Positions 15,844-25,655 of a DNA stretch of 30,854 bases are shown one piece after another. Under the pieces are notes generated by a model. The model saw only the letters and a list, made by a program, of their open reading frames with translations. It was not told where the DNA came from and made no database searches. Made by a program: the position numbers and the translations under genes. The number at the start of each line of letters is the position of its first letter. Position 1 is the first letter of the stretch. The DNA is from a virus, in IMG/VR virus record IMGVR_UViG_3300045988_061841, positions 1-30,854 of that record, one strand, 5' to 3'.

Positions 15844-16998
15844 ATGAATTTTAAGAAATTAATTGAAAAACGCAATGACTTGGTTGCACAAATGGACGAG
15901 TTGGTGAAGGTAGCCGACACGGAAACAAGAGCATTGAACGAAGAAGAAACGAAAAAATTCGAAGAATTACGGGCTGAAGTTGCCAATATTGACAAGACCT
16001 TGGAACTCGCCAAGGAAGAACGCTCGATGATGAACACGCCTGAAGATAAGAAGGCAGACGTAACGGGAAAGGAAAAAGAACAGGCTGAAGAACGTGCATT
16101 TGCCAACTTCTTACGCACCGGGGCGACGTCCTTCAACGACGTTGAAACACGCTCGGACGTGAACCTCAGCAAGGGTGATAACGGGGTTGTTGTTCCCTCG
16201 ACGATTGCGGCACGTATTATCAAGACGGTCAAGAACATTGCTCCGATTATTCAGAACTCCGACTTCTACGACGTAAAAGGCGACTTGGTCTTTGTCGTTG
16301 ACGACGAATCTACGACTAAAACGACTTGCAATTACGTTGCAGAGTTCCAAGAACTCGAATCTACGAGCGGTAAATTCAAGGCTGTTACGCTTAAAGGCAA
16401 CATTGCTGGCGTTCTTGTGAAAGTGTCTAAGTCTTTAATCAATAATGCGGGCTTCGATATCGTGAATTATGTGGTGACGAAAGTTGCCGACTCTATTGCT
16501 CAATTCTTGGAAGGTGAAATGATTAACGGCACGACCAAGATTGAAGGCTTATTGAACGGCAAACAAGTCGTAACGGCTGCGGGTGCAACGGCAGTAACGG
16601 CCGATGACCTCATCGATTTACAGCTTAAAGTACCTCAACAGTACCGCGGCAACGGTTGCTTTATCATGAGCCCGAAAACGTTTGCGGCGTGTGCGAAGTT
16701 GAAAGACGGTCAAGGGCAGTATTTGCTCAACAAAGACATTACGGGTGCGTTCGGTTACACGCTCTTGGGTCGCCCCGTGTTCGAATCTGACAACATGCCC
16801 GACGTAGCAACGAAAAAAGCGGTAGTTGTATTCGCTGACCTCATGGGCTATGCAACAAAAATCAGTGGGGACAGTGCCGAAATTACAATCTTGCAAGAAC
16901 GTTTTGCAACGCAGTATGCGGTTGGCGTAGCTGGATATGTTGAAGTAGACGGCAAAATCGTTGACCAGCAACGAATTGCAGTACTTAAAATGGCGTAA
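15844..16998 (+). CDS. major capsid protein (HK97 fold) with N-terminal delta/scaffold-like coiled coil
   Basis: The internal ATG MNFKKLIEKRNDLVAQMDEL follows SD aaaggag; the track ORF starts upstream at 15778. The first ~100 aa are E/K-rich and helical. The rest is capsid-like. The start coordinate carries ±1 uncertainty from my hand counting. Confidence 0.8.
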   Translation: MNFKKLIEKRNDLVAQMDELVKVADTETRALNEEETKKFEELRAEVANIDKTLELAKEERSMMNTPEDKKADVTGKEKEQAEERAFANFLRTGATSFNDVETRSDVNLSKGDNGVVVPSTIAARIIKTVKNIAPIIQNSDFYDVKGDLVFVVDDESTTKTTCNYVAEFQELESTSGKFKAVTLKGNIAGVLVKVSKSLINNAGFDIVNYVVTKVADSIAQFLEGEMINGTTKIEGLLNGKQVVTAAGATAVTADDLIDLQLKVPQQYRGNGCFIMSPKTFAACAKLKDGQGQYLLNKDITGAFGYTLLGRPVFESDNMPDVATKKAVVVFADLMGYATKISGDSAEITILQERFATQYAVGVAGYVEVDGKIVDQQRIAVLKMA

Positions 16999-17012
16999 TG
17001 ATAACAGGTTGG

Positions 17013-17032
17013 GCGGGGCGACAATGCCCCGC
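17013..17032 (+). terminator. GC stem-loop immediately after the capsid gene (possible attenuating terminator or RNA stability element)
   Basis: gcgggg - 8-nt loop - ccccgc; no clear U-tract. Confidence 0.3.
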
Positions 17033-17055
17033 TTCAATGAAAGGCGGTGACATGT

Positions 17056-17367
17056 ATGAAGGTAAGCGAATTAAATAGGGATACAGTCGCAAGTTTCATA
17101 CGTGCTGACGTATCGCCGTCGACTTCGAACATTCTTGATATGACCATTCGCGGGGCGATCGCCTATTGTTCTTCGTATACAGGACTCACGGAACAGGCTC
17201 TTGACGAGTATGAGGACATGACGCTTGCCGTACTGGCGTTGTGTGCGGAGTTCTACGACAATAGGACGTATACAGCGGTAGAAAACGCGGTCGTAAATCC
17301 GACTACTCAAGCTATTCTTGATAAGTACTCGATGAACCTGATAGAGGGGTGCAGCCATGTATCGTAA
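17056..17367 (+). CDS. head-tail connector (gp6-like DNA packaging/connector protein)
   Basis: Position and size fit a connector. ATG at 17056; the track ORF starts at GTG 17047. Confidence 0.55.
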   Translation: MKVSELNRDTVASFIRADVSPSTSNILDMTIRGAIAYCSSYTGLTEQALDEYEDMTLAVLALCAEFYDNRTYTAVENAVVNPTTQAILDKYSMNLIEGCSHVS

Positions 17368-17701
17368 GGGTAGGCTTAGCAGTCTGTTACAACATGAAGC
17401 GGAAATTCATGCTAATCGCAAGAGTGCGACGATGAACGAACTGGGACAGTACCCTATAGAAGATACAGTCATCGGGCGCGTGTGGTGCGGAGTGCTGCCG
17501 CAGACGGGGAGCCTACTCAACGGACGTGCCGCCGATACGACACTTTCCAAGACTACGCACAAGATAGTATGCCGTTACCGCGATGACATTACGCCTGATA
17601 TGTGGCTAATCATCGACGGAAAGCGGTATAACATACTCTATACCATGGACCCGTACCTCAATCATGAGCGGCTCGAAATCTTCACAGAGGTCGTAATATG
17701 A
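17357..17701 (+). CDS. head closure / head-tail joining protein (HK97 gp9 / SPP1 gp16-like)
   Basis: 114 aa (…GRVWCGVLP...IIDGKRYNI…); position is conserved. Confidence 0.6.
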   Translation: MYRKGRLSSLLQHEAEIHANRKSATMNELGQYPIEDTVIGRVWCGVLPQTGSLLNGRAADTTLSKTTHKIVCRYRDDITPDMWLIIDGKRYNILYTMDPYLNHERLEIFTEVVI

Positions 17702-18156
17702 GTATCGACGTACAGTACGAAGGACTCAGCGAATTATCACATGACCTGTTAGACCTCGCGGCGAATCAGTTTCCAAAGGATACGAAAAACTTCTTGCAAC
17801 GAGCCGGGAACAAGCTGAAGGCAAGGGCCAGAACGGCTTATAAGAAGGAAACGAAAACGGGAACGAAGAACCTCATTAAGGGGCTAAAGCGTGATAGAGC
17901 GTATAAGTACGGAAAAGACGAGTGGCAAGTACGGGTCAAGAATACCGCACCACATGCATGGCTTGTCGAACACGGTCATGTAATGTTAGGGCATAAGGCA
18001 CAAGGCAAGCCAAAGTTAATCGTAGGGAATACGGGCGAAGCGTTCGTACGGGGAAAGAACATAATGGGTAAGGCCCGCAATTCATTCCCGCCTGAATACT
18101 ATGAGCTTGCGGAAGAATTTATTGATAAGATGTTGAATGAGAAAGGACTCGGCTAA
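17698..18156 (+). CDS. HK97 gp10-family neck/tail-completion protein
   Basis: HAWLVEHGH motif; position is conserved. Confidence 0.6.
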   Translation: MSIDVQYEGLSELSHDLLDLAANQFPKDTKNFLQRAGNKLKARARTAYKKETKTGTKNLIKGLKRDRAYKYGKDEWQVRVKNTAPHAWLVEHGHVMLGHKAQGKPKLIVGNTGEAFVRGKNIMGKARNSFPPEYYELAEEFIDKMLNEKGLG

Positions 18157-18596
18157 TGATAACAGCAGTAGACATAATAAGGGCGTTTACGGTACAGTGC
18201 CGCGACTTATTGGGGTGTGACGTGAACGACCGCGATATATCAGAAGGCTTTGAGCGTCCTTCCTTCTTCATTGAGATTGTAGACTTCCGCAATGAAGATA
18301 TAGGGCAAGAAATTCGCGGAGACTCATTGAATATGTACATATACTACTTCAATGAGAAGCGGGAAGTTGGATACCTTCGGCTACTCGAAGCCCGTGAGAA
18401 GATACGCGAGTTACTGGCGGCACCCGTACCGATTACAGACGGGTACAGCCTTACGCCTGATGATATTATCGAAACGATTAACAAAGGGGATATGACCTAT
18501 ATAGTCAACTTCAACGTTGATATCTGGCAACGCAGACCCGAACCCGAAGGCGAATACATGCAAGAACTCGAAGTCAACGGACAGCAAGACCACTAA
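18156..18596 (+). CDS. putative tail terminator/neck protein (positional call)
   Basis: 146 aa located between gp10-like and sheath genes. Confidence 0.35.
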   Translation: MITAVDIIRAFTVQCRDLLGCDVNDRDISEGFERPSFFIEIVDFRNEDIGQEIRGDSLNMYIYYFNEKREVGYLRLLEAREKIRELLAAPVPITDGYSLTPDDIIETINKGDMTYIVNFNVDIWQRRPEPEGEYMQELEVNGQQDH

Positions 18597-18597
18597 G

Positions 18598-18624
18598 ACC
18601 CGTCATATACGGGTATTTTTTATT
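18598..18624 (+). terminator. rho-independent terminator
   Basis: acccgt-catat-acgggt followed by attttttatt. Confidence 0.6.
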
Positions 18625-18640
18625 ATGAAAGGGGTACACA

Positions 18641-19756
18641 ATGGCAATTGGGTTACCGAACATCGATATTGTTTTCTTGCAAAAAGCAGTATCGGCCGTA
18701 AAACGTTCTGAACGTGGAACGGCATTGATTATCTTGAAAGACGACAAACAAACCGAAATCGGCTATGACATTTTTAAGTTCGAAGCCGATATTACGGATA
18801 AAAAGTACAACGCAGATACGATTAAACTCTTGAAACGGTGCTTTTACGTGAACGTGAATAAAATCGTAGTGCTGCACGTACCTAGCAAAACAACGGCATT
18901 TGCCGATATCAAGCAAGTCATCGACAGAATCAAATACAACTGGGCTTGCACAACCGTCGCCGAATGGCAAACGGACTTAGTTTCGTACACTAAGAGCCGT
19001 AACGTCATCAGCAAAGGTAGAAAAGTCAAGTGCTTAGTCGCTAATGTGGTGGTTGCGGATGATAAGCACGTCGTTAATATGAAAGGTCAGTACGTGCATG
19101 AAGCTGACGCTGACAGCAAGACCAATGTAAAAATGACGGACTACTTACCGCGTATCGTGTCTATCTTGGCTAACCTTCCGATGAACCGCAGTATCACGTA
19201 TTACGAATTGGAAGACCTCGACTATGTAGACAATTCGTTCATTACGAATGAAAAAGACGCGAATAAGTGGACTGATGAGGGCTGGCTTCTTCTCATTAAT
19301 GACGATGAAGACAACGTTGTCCGCGTTGGTCGTGGCGTAAATACGCTTACAAGCTTCACTTCTACGGATACTGAAGACATGCGGAAAATCATCATCGTTG
19401 AGTCTATGGACTTAATGCTCGAAGATTTATACACGACATTCAAAGAATACTATGTAGGCAAGTATAAGAATCATCTTGATAATCAGTACTTGTTCATCTC
19501 CGCGGTCAACTCTTACTTTAAGTCGTTGACGAAAGTCGTAAACGGGGAAGTTCTCGACCCTGAATATGACAACCATGCCTTTGTTGACGTTGAAAATCAG
19601 AGGGACGCATGGCTTTCCGTCGGCAAGACAGAAGCGGAAGACTGGGACGAAGACAAGGTCAAGAAGATGAGTTTTAAGTCTACTGTATTTTTGGCAGCCA
19701 AGATTAAAATCCTTGACGCAATGGAAGATTTGAGCTTCCAGATTACTATGGAATAG
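18641..19756 (+). CDS. contractile tail sheath protein (XkdK-like)
   Basis: 371 aa. The N-terminus (MAIGLPNIDIVFLQKAVSAVKRSERGTALIIL) is sheath-like. It sits directly upstream of the tube gene. Confidence 0.65.
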   Translation: MAIGLPNIDIVFLQKAVSAVKRSERGTALIILKDDKQTEIGYDIFKFEADITDKKYNADTIKLLKRCFYVNVNKIVVLHVPSKTTAFADIKQVIDRIKYNWACTTVAEWQTDLVSYTKSRNVISKGRKVKCLVANVVVADDKHVVNMKGQYVHEADADSKTNVKMTDYLPRIVSILANLPMNRSITYYELEDLDYVDNSFITNEKDANKWTDEGWLLLINDDEDNVVRVGRGVNTLTSFTSTDTEDMRKIIIVESMDLMLEDLYTTFKEYYVGKYKNHLDNQYLFISAVNSYFKSLTKVVNGEVLDPEYDNHAFVDVENQRDAWLSVGKTEAEDWDEDKVKKMSFKSTVFLAAKIKILDAMEDLSFQITME

Positions 19757-19766
19757 GGGGTAAATC

Positions 19767-20201
19767 ATGGCGAATAACAAGGAAATTCACAACCAGATTC
19801 TCCGCGGTCAATTCGGTAAGGTTTGGATTGACGGCGAATTATACGCGAATGTTAAGAGTTTTGAAGCCAAAATATCGCTTAAGTATGAAGCGGTAGACAT
19901 TAACGGTGAAATGGGCGTACACCAACGCCTTGTAGGGTTCGAAGGTGCCGGGACAATCGTACTTCATAAGATTGATAGCCGCGTCGCTCAAAAGATTGCA
20001 GGGAAAATCAAGAACGGGTCTGTGCCTGATATCAAGATTGTATCGAAGATTACCGACCCTGACGTAAACGGGGCTGAACGCATTGAGCTTACGGGCGTGA
20101 CGCTTGATGAGTTGGCACATTCGTTTGAAAACAAGAAAGTTCAAGAAGAATCCTATCCGTTTAAATTCGCGGATTACAACTATCTTGACTATATTCTGTA
20201 A
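19767..20201 (+). CDS. tail tube protein (XkdM-like)
   Basis: 144 aa. GQFGKVWIDGEL...FEAK...INGEMGVHQ...GAERIELTGV...ESYPFKFADY parallels the XkdM tube family. Confidence 0.7.
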   Translation: MANNKEIHNQILRGQFGKVWIDGELYANVKSFEAKISLKYEAVDINGEMGVHQRLVGFEGAGTIVLHKIDSRVAQKIAGKIKNGSVPDIKIVSKITDPDVNGAERIELTGVTLDELAHSFENKKVQEESYPFKFADYNYLDYIL

Positions 20202-20208
20202 TTAAGTA

Positions 20209-20238
20209 GGGCGGGGGAAACCCCGTCCGCTTCTTTTA
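20209..20238 (+). terminator. hairpin with GAAA tetraloop and T-rich tail after the tube gene
   Basis: gggcgggg-gaaa-ccccgtcc followed by gcttcttttat. Confidence 0.5.
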
Positions 20239-20252
20239 TGAGGTGATCTGAA

Positions 20253-20630
20253 TTGAAGAAAATCAAACTAGAAGATTTATTGAGTCGTAAAATGGCTGAA
20301 GGCTTTCAGAGCAAAGAAGTATACGTAAAAGGCTTAGGCGGCGAGATTACAATCGTCAAGCAACCGCTTCCGACTGTTCTTAGACTTATGGACGATATTA
20401 AGAAAGACGATATGACGCTTTCCGTGGTCATGGATTCAATGGTACAACTCATTTACAACTGCGTTCCGTTGTTTAAAAGCAAGGAATTACAGGCAAAGTA
20501 CGAATGTGCCGAACCTACAGATGTTGTGTATAAAGTCTTGAATGACAGTGTGGAAGATATTACGACAATCGGCGAAGCAATCCTTGCTATGTACGGAATT
20601 AATAACCCGGTTGAAGAGTTAAAAAAGTAA
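20253..20630 (+). CDS. tail assembly chaperone (XkdN-like, gpG analog)
   Basis: 125 aa. A TTG start follows SD gaggtg. It ends ...VEELKK* with the slippery heptamer A_AAA_AAG at 20621-20627. Confidence 0.65.
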   Translation: MKKIKLEDLLSRKMAEGFQSKEVYVKGLGGEITIVKQPLPTVLRLMDDIKKDDMTLSVVMDSMVQLIYNCVPLFKSKELQAKYECAEPTDVVYKVLNDSVEDITTIGEAILAMYGINNPVEELKK

Positions 20631-20794
20631 TTAAGCGGGACAGAGAGTTATCAATGTTCCGTTATTATATCCGAAAGGGTCACAACATATCTTCATTACT
20701 TAAGCTTACCGCGACAGAAAAAGCGTTTTATATAGCTTGCTTTGAGCTCGACATTGAAGATATAGAAAGGAGTGTAAATGGCAAAGAGTATTAA
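20627..20794 (+). CDS. -1 frameshift extension of the tail chaperone (gpGT analog T segment)
   Basis: In the -1 frame from A_AAA_AAG, the reading is VIKRDRELSMFRYYIRKGHNISSLLKLTATEKAFYIACFELDIEDIERSVNGKEY*. It ends inside the start of the tape-measure gene. Confidence 0.55.
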   Translation, partial: VIKRDRELSMFRYYIRKGHNISSLLKLTATEKAFYIACFELDIEDIERSVNGKEY

Positions 20795-22694
20795 CGTCCT
20801 TTTGTCCTTAAAAGATAGATTTACCGCACCTATGCGGCAAGTCGGCAACACGACTAAAGACACAGAACGAAAGTTGACGGCAATGCGTAACCGATTGAAC
20901 AACTTCGGTAACGGGATTAATAATAAATTCCTCGGCATTGCGGGCAGTATCGGTAAAATGGGACTTGCGATGACGGGACTCGGAGCGTTTGCGGGAGTCG
21001 GTGCGATTGTCGAGTACGGCAAGAAGGCACTAGACGTAGCTAAGGCGGCAGAGTTGTCGCAGACCGTTCTCCGCAACAGTATCGCCAATAACAACAGCCT
21101 ATACGACAAGTCAGCCGCTTCCATCGACGCAGCACAAAAGCAACTGAATGATTACGCGGCACAGTGGGGGAAAGTCGGAGTCATCTCGGCGGGAACGATA
21201 CGAGCGGGATACACAGAATTAAATAAATGGAATGTACCCGTCGATAAGGTCAATGACTTATCCGAAGCCCTGACTAACTTAGTCGCTGGGAAGTTCGGCA
21301 TTAACGCCACGGCAGAGGACGCTCAACTTGCGTCACAAGCGATAGGGCGAGCCTTTAACGGCGATGTTGCGGGACTCACTAAGATGAAAATACCGCTTAC
21401 CGAAGCACAAAAGTTAATAATCAAGAACGGGACGGAAGCGGAACGACTTGCAACTATCAATGAGGTAGTAAACGGCACGTTCAGCAAGCAAAATGAGATA
21501 TTGGCGAACACGCCTGACGGGCAGTTGAAGCGAATGAAGAACCAACAGGCGGCACTCATGGCGACGATAGGCAAAGGCTTGCTACCTATGCAGAAAGCGT
21601 TTATTGACATGGCAAGCACCATCATGCCGATTATCGCACCCGTTATACAGGACATATTCGGACTGTTCAGCGGTGCGTTCACGTGGATAGCAGAAGTCAT
21701 AAACGAAAACAAAGACAGCATACAAGAAGGCTTATCCAGTGCCATGAACGAAGTGAAATTCATCATTTCATCGCTCGGCAAGGTGATACGTTGGTGTGCT
21801 GACAACCTCGGTTTCCTCGTGCCTGTTCTCAAGGCGGTTGCTGGCGGCTTTGTGGCGTTCAACGGAATAAGCAAACTCATGCCGCTAATCAAGGGTATTA
21901 CGGGTGGATTAATAAGCGTGATAAAGGTTGTACGCGTTATTGTTGCGGTACTGTCGGCGAATCCTATATTGATTGCAATCATGGCGGTAGTAGCTGGGAT
22001 TTATTTACTTGTTACTCACTGGGACGAGATAAAGGAAGTCGCGATAGAAGTATGGACGGCGGTATCAGAATTTATATCTGAAACATGGGACGGTATAGTA
22101 AGCACCGTTACTGGCTTTATTGACCGCGTATCCGCTTTAATCTCGGACTTGTATGAGAGCATAATTACAACGCTTCGCCCTATTCTTGATGACGTTACGC
22201 AGATATTCAACGGCATTACAGACTTCTTAACAGGGGTATTTACAGGTAACTGGGATTTAGCTTTTTCTGGTCTTGTGCAAATCTTCACGGGGTACTTTGA
22301 TATTATCCGCAATGTTGCTGAAGGCGTGCTGAATTGGGTGCAAGACAAACTACAATGGGCGGCTGACGCAATACAGGGCATACGCGATACAGGCAGTGCG
22401 ATTATTAACGGTACTGTAGGCAAACTGGTCGGCAACGGCAATGCGACGGGGACGGAATACTGGCAAGGTGGCTTGACTTATGTTAACGAAAACCAACGCG
22501 GCGAAATTATCAACTTGCCGAACGGATCGCAAGTCATTCCGCACGATGAGAGCATGAAACAGCTTGCTAACAGCGGCGGTGGTGTAACCGTTAACATGAC
22601 GATACAGGGCAATGTTATCGGCAACGAAGCGTTCATGAATGAATGCGGCAAGCATATAACAGAGAAGATAATGCTTGCTATGAATAACATGTAG
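20778..22694 (+). CDS. tail tape measure protein
   Basis: 638 aa, largely helical and rich in A/G/I/L, with hydrophobic segments. It sits right after the chaperone pair. Confidence 0.8.
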   Translation: MAKSINVLLSLKDRFTAPMRQVGNTTKDTERKLTAMRNRLNNFGNGINNKFLGIAGSIGKMGLAMTGLGAFAGVGAIVEYGKKALDVAKAAELSQTVLRNSIANNNSLYDKSAASIDAAQKQLNDYAAQWGKVGVISAGTIRAGYTELNKWNVPVDKVNDLSEALTNLVAGKFGINATAEDAQLASQAIGRAFNGDVAGLTKMKIPLTEAQKLIIKNGTEAERLATINEVVNGTFSKQNEILANTPDGQLKRMKNQQAALMATIGKGLLPMQKAFIDMASTIMPIIAPVIQDIFGLFSGAFTWIAEVINENKDSIQEGLSSAMNEVKFIISSLGKVIRWCADNLGFLVPVLKAVAGGFVAFNGISKLMPLIKGITGGLISVIKVVRVIVAVLSANPILIAIMAVVAGIYLLVTHWDEIKEVAIEVWTAVSEFISETWDGIVSTVTGFIDRVSALISDLYESIITTLRPILDDVTQIFNGITDFLTGVFTGNWDLAFSGLVQIFTGYFDIIRNVAEGVLNWVQDKLQWAADAIQGIRDTGSAIINGTVGKLVGNGNATGTEYWQGGLTYVNENQRGEIINLPNGSQVIPHDESMKQLANSGGGVTVNMTIQGNVIGNEAFMNECGKHITEKIMLAMNNM

Positions 22695-22705
22695 GCGGTG
22701 AGACG

Positions 22706-23344
22706 ATGAATTTTACAGACAATGCAAGAAAGATAATGACTCAACGCCTACAGGCGAAGAAAGCGGAGCTTGAACATACGGCAATAAGTAGAGCGACGCG
22801 GTACGCCGATAAGCTTAGTCATGGACTGGTAGGCAAGATACTGGACTACACCGAACGTAAGCCGTCTACAGATATCGTATTCCACTCGGAATTGACCAAT
22901 GAATATATTACGTTACCTGTTGTTCCGAATCCGTTGCCGACGATAAATGAGCCGCAGAATAACGAAACATTCAACGGATTACGGGGTGATATTAAACTCA
23001 TCGGACCCGTGGGGCTTCGGTCGTTAACCTTTGAAAATATTCTTTTACCTGTCAATAAGTCGTATTCGTTCATTCGCGGCAACGGCACAGACGGGCAAGC
23101 GTGTTTACAGTTCTTTAAGGCACAAAGAGCCATGAAAGCGGTTGTACGGATATGCATTATACAGTCCGACGGCAATGAGATACTGAACATGCCTTGCGTT
23201 ATAAACGACCTTTCCCATTCACTAGACAAAGTCGGCGATATTAAAGCGACAATCAGTATTGAAGAGTACGTATACACTAACACTTCAACGCAGACGCAGT
23301 CGACTACAGGCGGCGAAAATAAAGAAATAGGGGTAATGCACTGA
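22706..23344 (+). CDS. tail/baseplate protein (XkdP-position; function uncertain)
   Basis: 212 aa; operon position only. Confidence 0.4.
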   Translation: MNFTDNARKIMTQRLQAKKAELEHTAISRATRYADKLSHGLVGKILDYTERKPSTDIVFHSELTNEYITLPVVPNPLPTINEPQNNETFNGLRGDIKLIGPVGLRSLTFENILLPVNKSYSFIRGNGTDGQACLQFFKAQRAMKAVVRICIIQSDGNEILNMPCVINDLSHSLDKVGDIKATISIEEYVYTNTSTQTQSTTGGENKEIGVMH

Positions 23345-24828
23345 TGAAATTGCAATACACCAACGTTGAGAAGGATAAAGAAGGCAAGGACACGACGGAA
23401 ACCCGTGAGATTACGGCGTACACGAACAATTATCAACGCTCCGACAGTATCGATACACTCGGACAAGAGTTTAGTTTTGACCTTGTCGATAACCCGTTTG
23501 ATGTGAATATGAGCGGTCAACGGCTCAAGATTGGCGGCAAGGTTGAATTTAGCAATCAAAAAAGCAACAACCGTAAGAGTGCAACCGTGACGCTTAACGA
23601 AGAACCGGAAGAGGTACCCATATTTCAAGGTATCATTGTAAGCGAGAAACAGAGCGGAGCGAGCAAGTATAGCTACACATGTTTCGATTACTGCTTCTAT
23701 CTGAATAAGTCGGAGATTGAAATCCAATTCAACGGTATAAGCGGAACGGAAGCAATTAAAAAGGTATGTAGCGAGAATGACGTACCGCTCGGTAACGTCG
23801 CCGATATCAAGACCAGTATAAAAAAGGTCTATCAGGGTCAGCCCGTGAGTGAGGTCATACAGGATATTATCAAGCAAGCGACCGACGAAACGGGCAATAA
23901 GTACCGACTGGAGTACAGGGACGGGAAAATCCATGTAGAGGACTATAAAGAATTGGTCTTGAAGGACGTTATCACCGACCCTATCAGTAATTATTCCCGT
24001 GACCTGTCAATGGAAGAAATGCGGAATAGTATCGTGGCAATCTCAAGTAAGGAGAAAGCCGCTTCCGTGAAGTCGACAATCCAAGACGATGAGAGCGTAA
24101 AGAAGTACGGCTTAATTCGCAAGATTGTGAAGGTCGACGACAAAAAACAAGCACAAACCGCACAAATTGCAAAAAAAACAATTCAAGACTTAAACAAGGT
24201 CGGCGAGAAACTCAACGTGACACTTCTCGGAGATGACACAGTGCGAAGCGGCAGAATCATCATCATCGATGATAACACGGTCAATATACACGATAAGTTC
24301 ACCGTAACCAACTGTAAGCACGCTTACGGAGTTAATCACACGATGACACTTGACTTGCAAAGGGTCGTTCCAGAGCCTGACACAAGTAAATACACTACAA
24401 CGACTACCACAACCGCAGCGCCGAACGCCGTGAGCAGTACGGCGAATGCCGCACAGGTAGACGCAGGGATGAACGCACTGAACGGGTATGAAAGTGTATA
24501 CACGGATAACGGGTGCGTTGATGTAGCGGTAAAGGCGGGGTCGTACTATAATCCGTTTTTAAAACATGAAGCGGATATCGGTACGAACAACGTAGACGTG
24601 CTGGCAAGTCATGCGGAAGCGGCGGGGTACAAAGTCGAATCGTTCGACGGATATGCCAAGAAAGGCGATTTGCTCATATACGGAGACAATCAGCATGTAG
24701 TTATTGCAGACGGTGCGGGCGGTTGCTTCGGCAACTCTTCAAGTCAAGGTCACGCAACCTTTTATAGCGACGCAAATTACGCATGGCATAACGGCGAATC
24801 GCCGTCGAAGATTATACGAATGTCGTAA
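23344..24828 (+). CDS. baseplate hub-like protein (XkdQ-position) with poly-Thr linker and C-terminal CHAP/NlpC-P60-like peptidase domain (tail-associated lysin)
   Basis: 494 aa. TTTTTTTAAP linker. The C-terminus has ...TDNGCVD... and GDLLIYGDNQHVVIADG, a Cys/His motif pattern. Confidence 0.5.
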   Translation: MKLQYTNVEKDKEGKDTTETREITAYTNNYQRSDSIDTLGQEFSFDLVDNPFDVNMSGQRLKIGGKVEFSNQKSNNRKSATVTLNEEPEEVPIFQGIIVSEKQSGASKYSYTCFDYCFYLNKSEIEIQFNGISGTEAIKKVCSENDVPLGNVADIKTSIKKVYQGQPVSEVIQDIIKQATDETGNKYRLEYRDGKIHVEDYKELVLKDVITDPISNYSRDLSMEEMRNSIVAISSKEKAASVKSTIQDDESVKKYGLIRKIVKVDDKKQAQTAQIAKKTIQDLNKVGEKLNVTLLGDDTVRSGRIIIIDDNTVNIHDKFTVTNCKHAYGVNHTMTLDLQRVVPEPDTSKYTTTTTTTAAPNAVSSTANAAQVDAGMNALNGYESVYTDNGCVDVAVKAGSYYNPFLKHEADIGTNNVDVLASHAEAAGYKVESFDGYAKKGDLLIYGDNQHVVIADGAGGCFGNSSSQGHATFYSDANYAWHNGESPSKIIRMS

Positions 24829-24839
24829 GGGGTGAGAGT

Positions 24840-25217
24840 ATGGAAGAATGGCATGGCACGATAGCCAAGGAATTAAAGAGCCGCACCAATCCGATACGCA
24901 TAGGTGCGGTACTCGGTGAGGTGATCAGCACATCACCGTGGAAGGTTGCAATCAAGGACGGCAAATTCATGATTGACAACACAAACGGGTACGTGTGTTT
25001 CTCGCTTCTTCACCACATTACGACTTATGCTTATCGCCATTCAGGGCAGATGACGCACAACGGTTGTCAGGCTGGAAGTAATTCAGGGTATTCGGCACAA
25101 GGTGAGGGGAAAATCGTACTTAACGAATTATGGAAGACGGGCGATAAAGTGCTGGTTATTCCTGATGAGAACGAGCAACATTTTTTTATTATTGATGTAG
25201 TGAAGGAAGGAGTCTAA
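24840..25217 (+). CDS. baseplate protein (XkdR/DUF2577-position)
   Basis: 125 aa; positional call. Confidence 0.4.
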   Translation: MEEWHGTIAKELKSRTNPIRIGAVLGEVISTSPWKVAIKDGKFMIDNTNGYVCFSLLHHITTYAYRHSGQMTHNGCQAGSNSGYSAQGEGKIVLNELWKTGDKVLVIPDENEQHFFIIDVVKEGV

Positions 25218-25655
25218 ATGTTTCCGAAGGATTACAACTTCACAAACTCAATCCAATCGACGGCGACGGCGACCAACTCACAACACAAAGTAGGGCGGTC
25301 GTTTGCGTTCGACTACAGGACTCACCGCTTCATATTCAAGGACGGTAGGAACGTAGAAGATACCCAAATAGAAGCGATTAAGCAATGGATTGAGCTGTTC
25401 ATACGAACAGAACTAAAAAAGTATATGATATACTCCGATTCCTTCGGACTCGACTTGCGGCACCTTCTCGGATACAGATTGCCTAGAGCATACCAAGTAT
25501 CAGAGGTAAAGCGGCGAATTACAGAAGGGATTATGAATAAAGTACCGTGCGTTGCGGTCGTGAAGGACTGGAACTTCAATGCGGGGATTTTTTATTTTAC
25601 GGTAGTTACGCATACGGGAGAAGAGGTGAAAATCGATTATGAACTCGGAATATAG
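25218..25655 (+). CDS. baseplate wedge protein (XkdS/DUF2634-like, gp25/gpW-like)
   Basis: 145 aa (…FAFDYRTHRFIF...IKQWIELFIRTE…); positional call. Confidence 0.5.
   Translation: MFPKDYNFTNSIQSTATATNSQHKVGRSFAFDYRTHRFIFKDGRNVEDTQIEAIKQWIELFIRTELKKYMIYSDSFGLDLRHLLGYRLPRAYQVSEVKRRITEGIMNKVPCVAVVKDWNFNAGIFYFTVVTHTGEEVKIDYELGI

Noticed and set aside
22846-23934. 362-aa ORF on the minus strand
   Set aside because: It lies entirely antisense to two well-supported plus-strand tail genes in a co-directional operon. The translation is low-complexity and L/F-rich with no recognisable motif. It is most likely a spurious antisense ORF.
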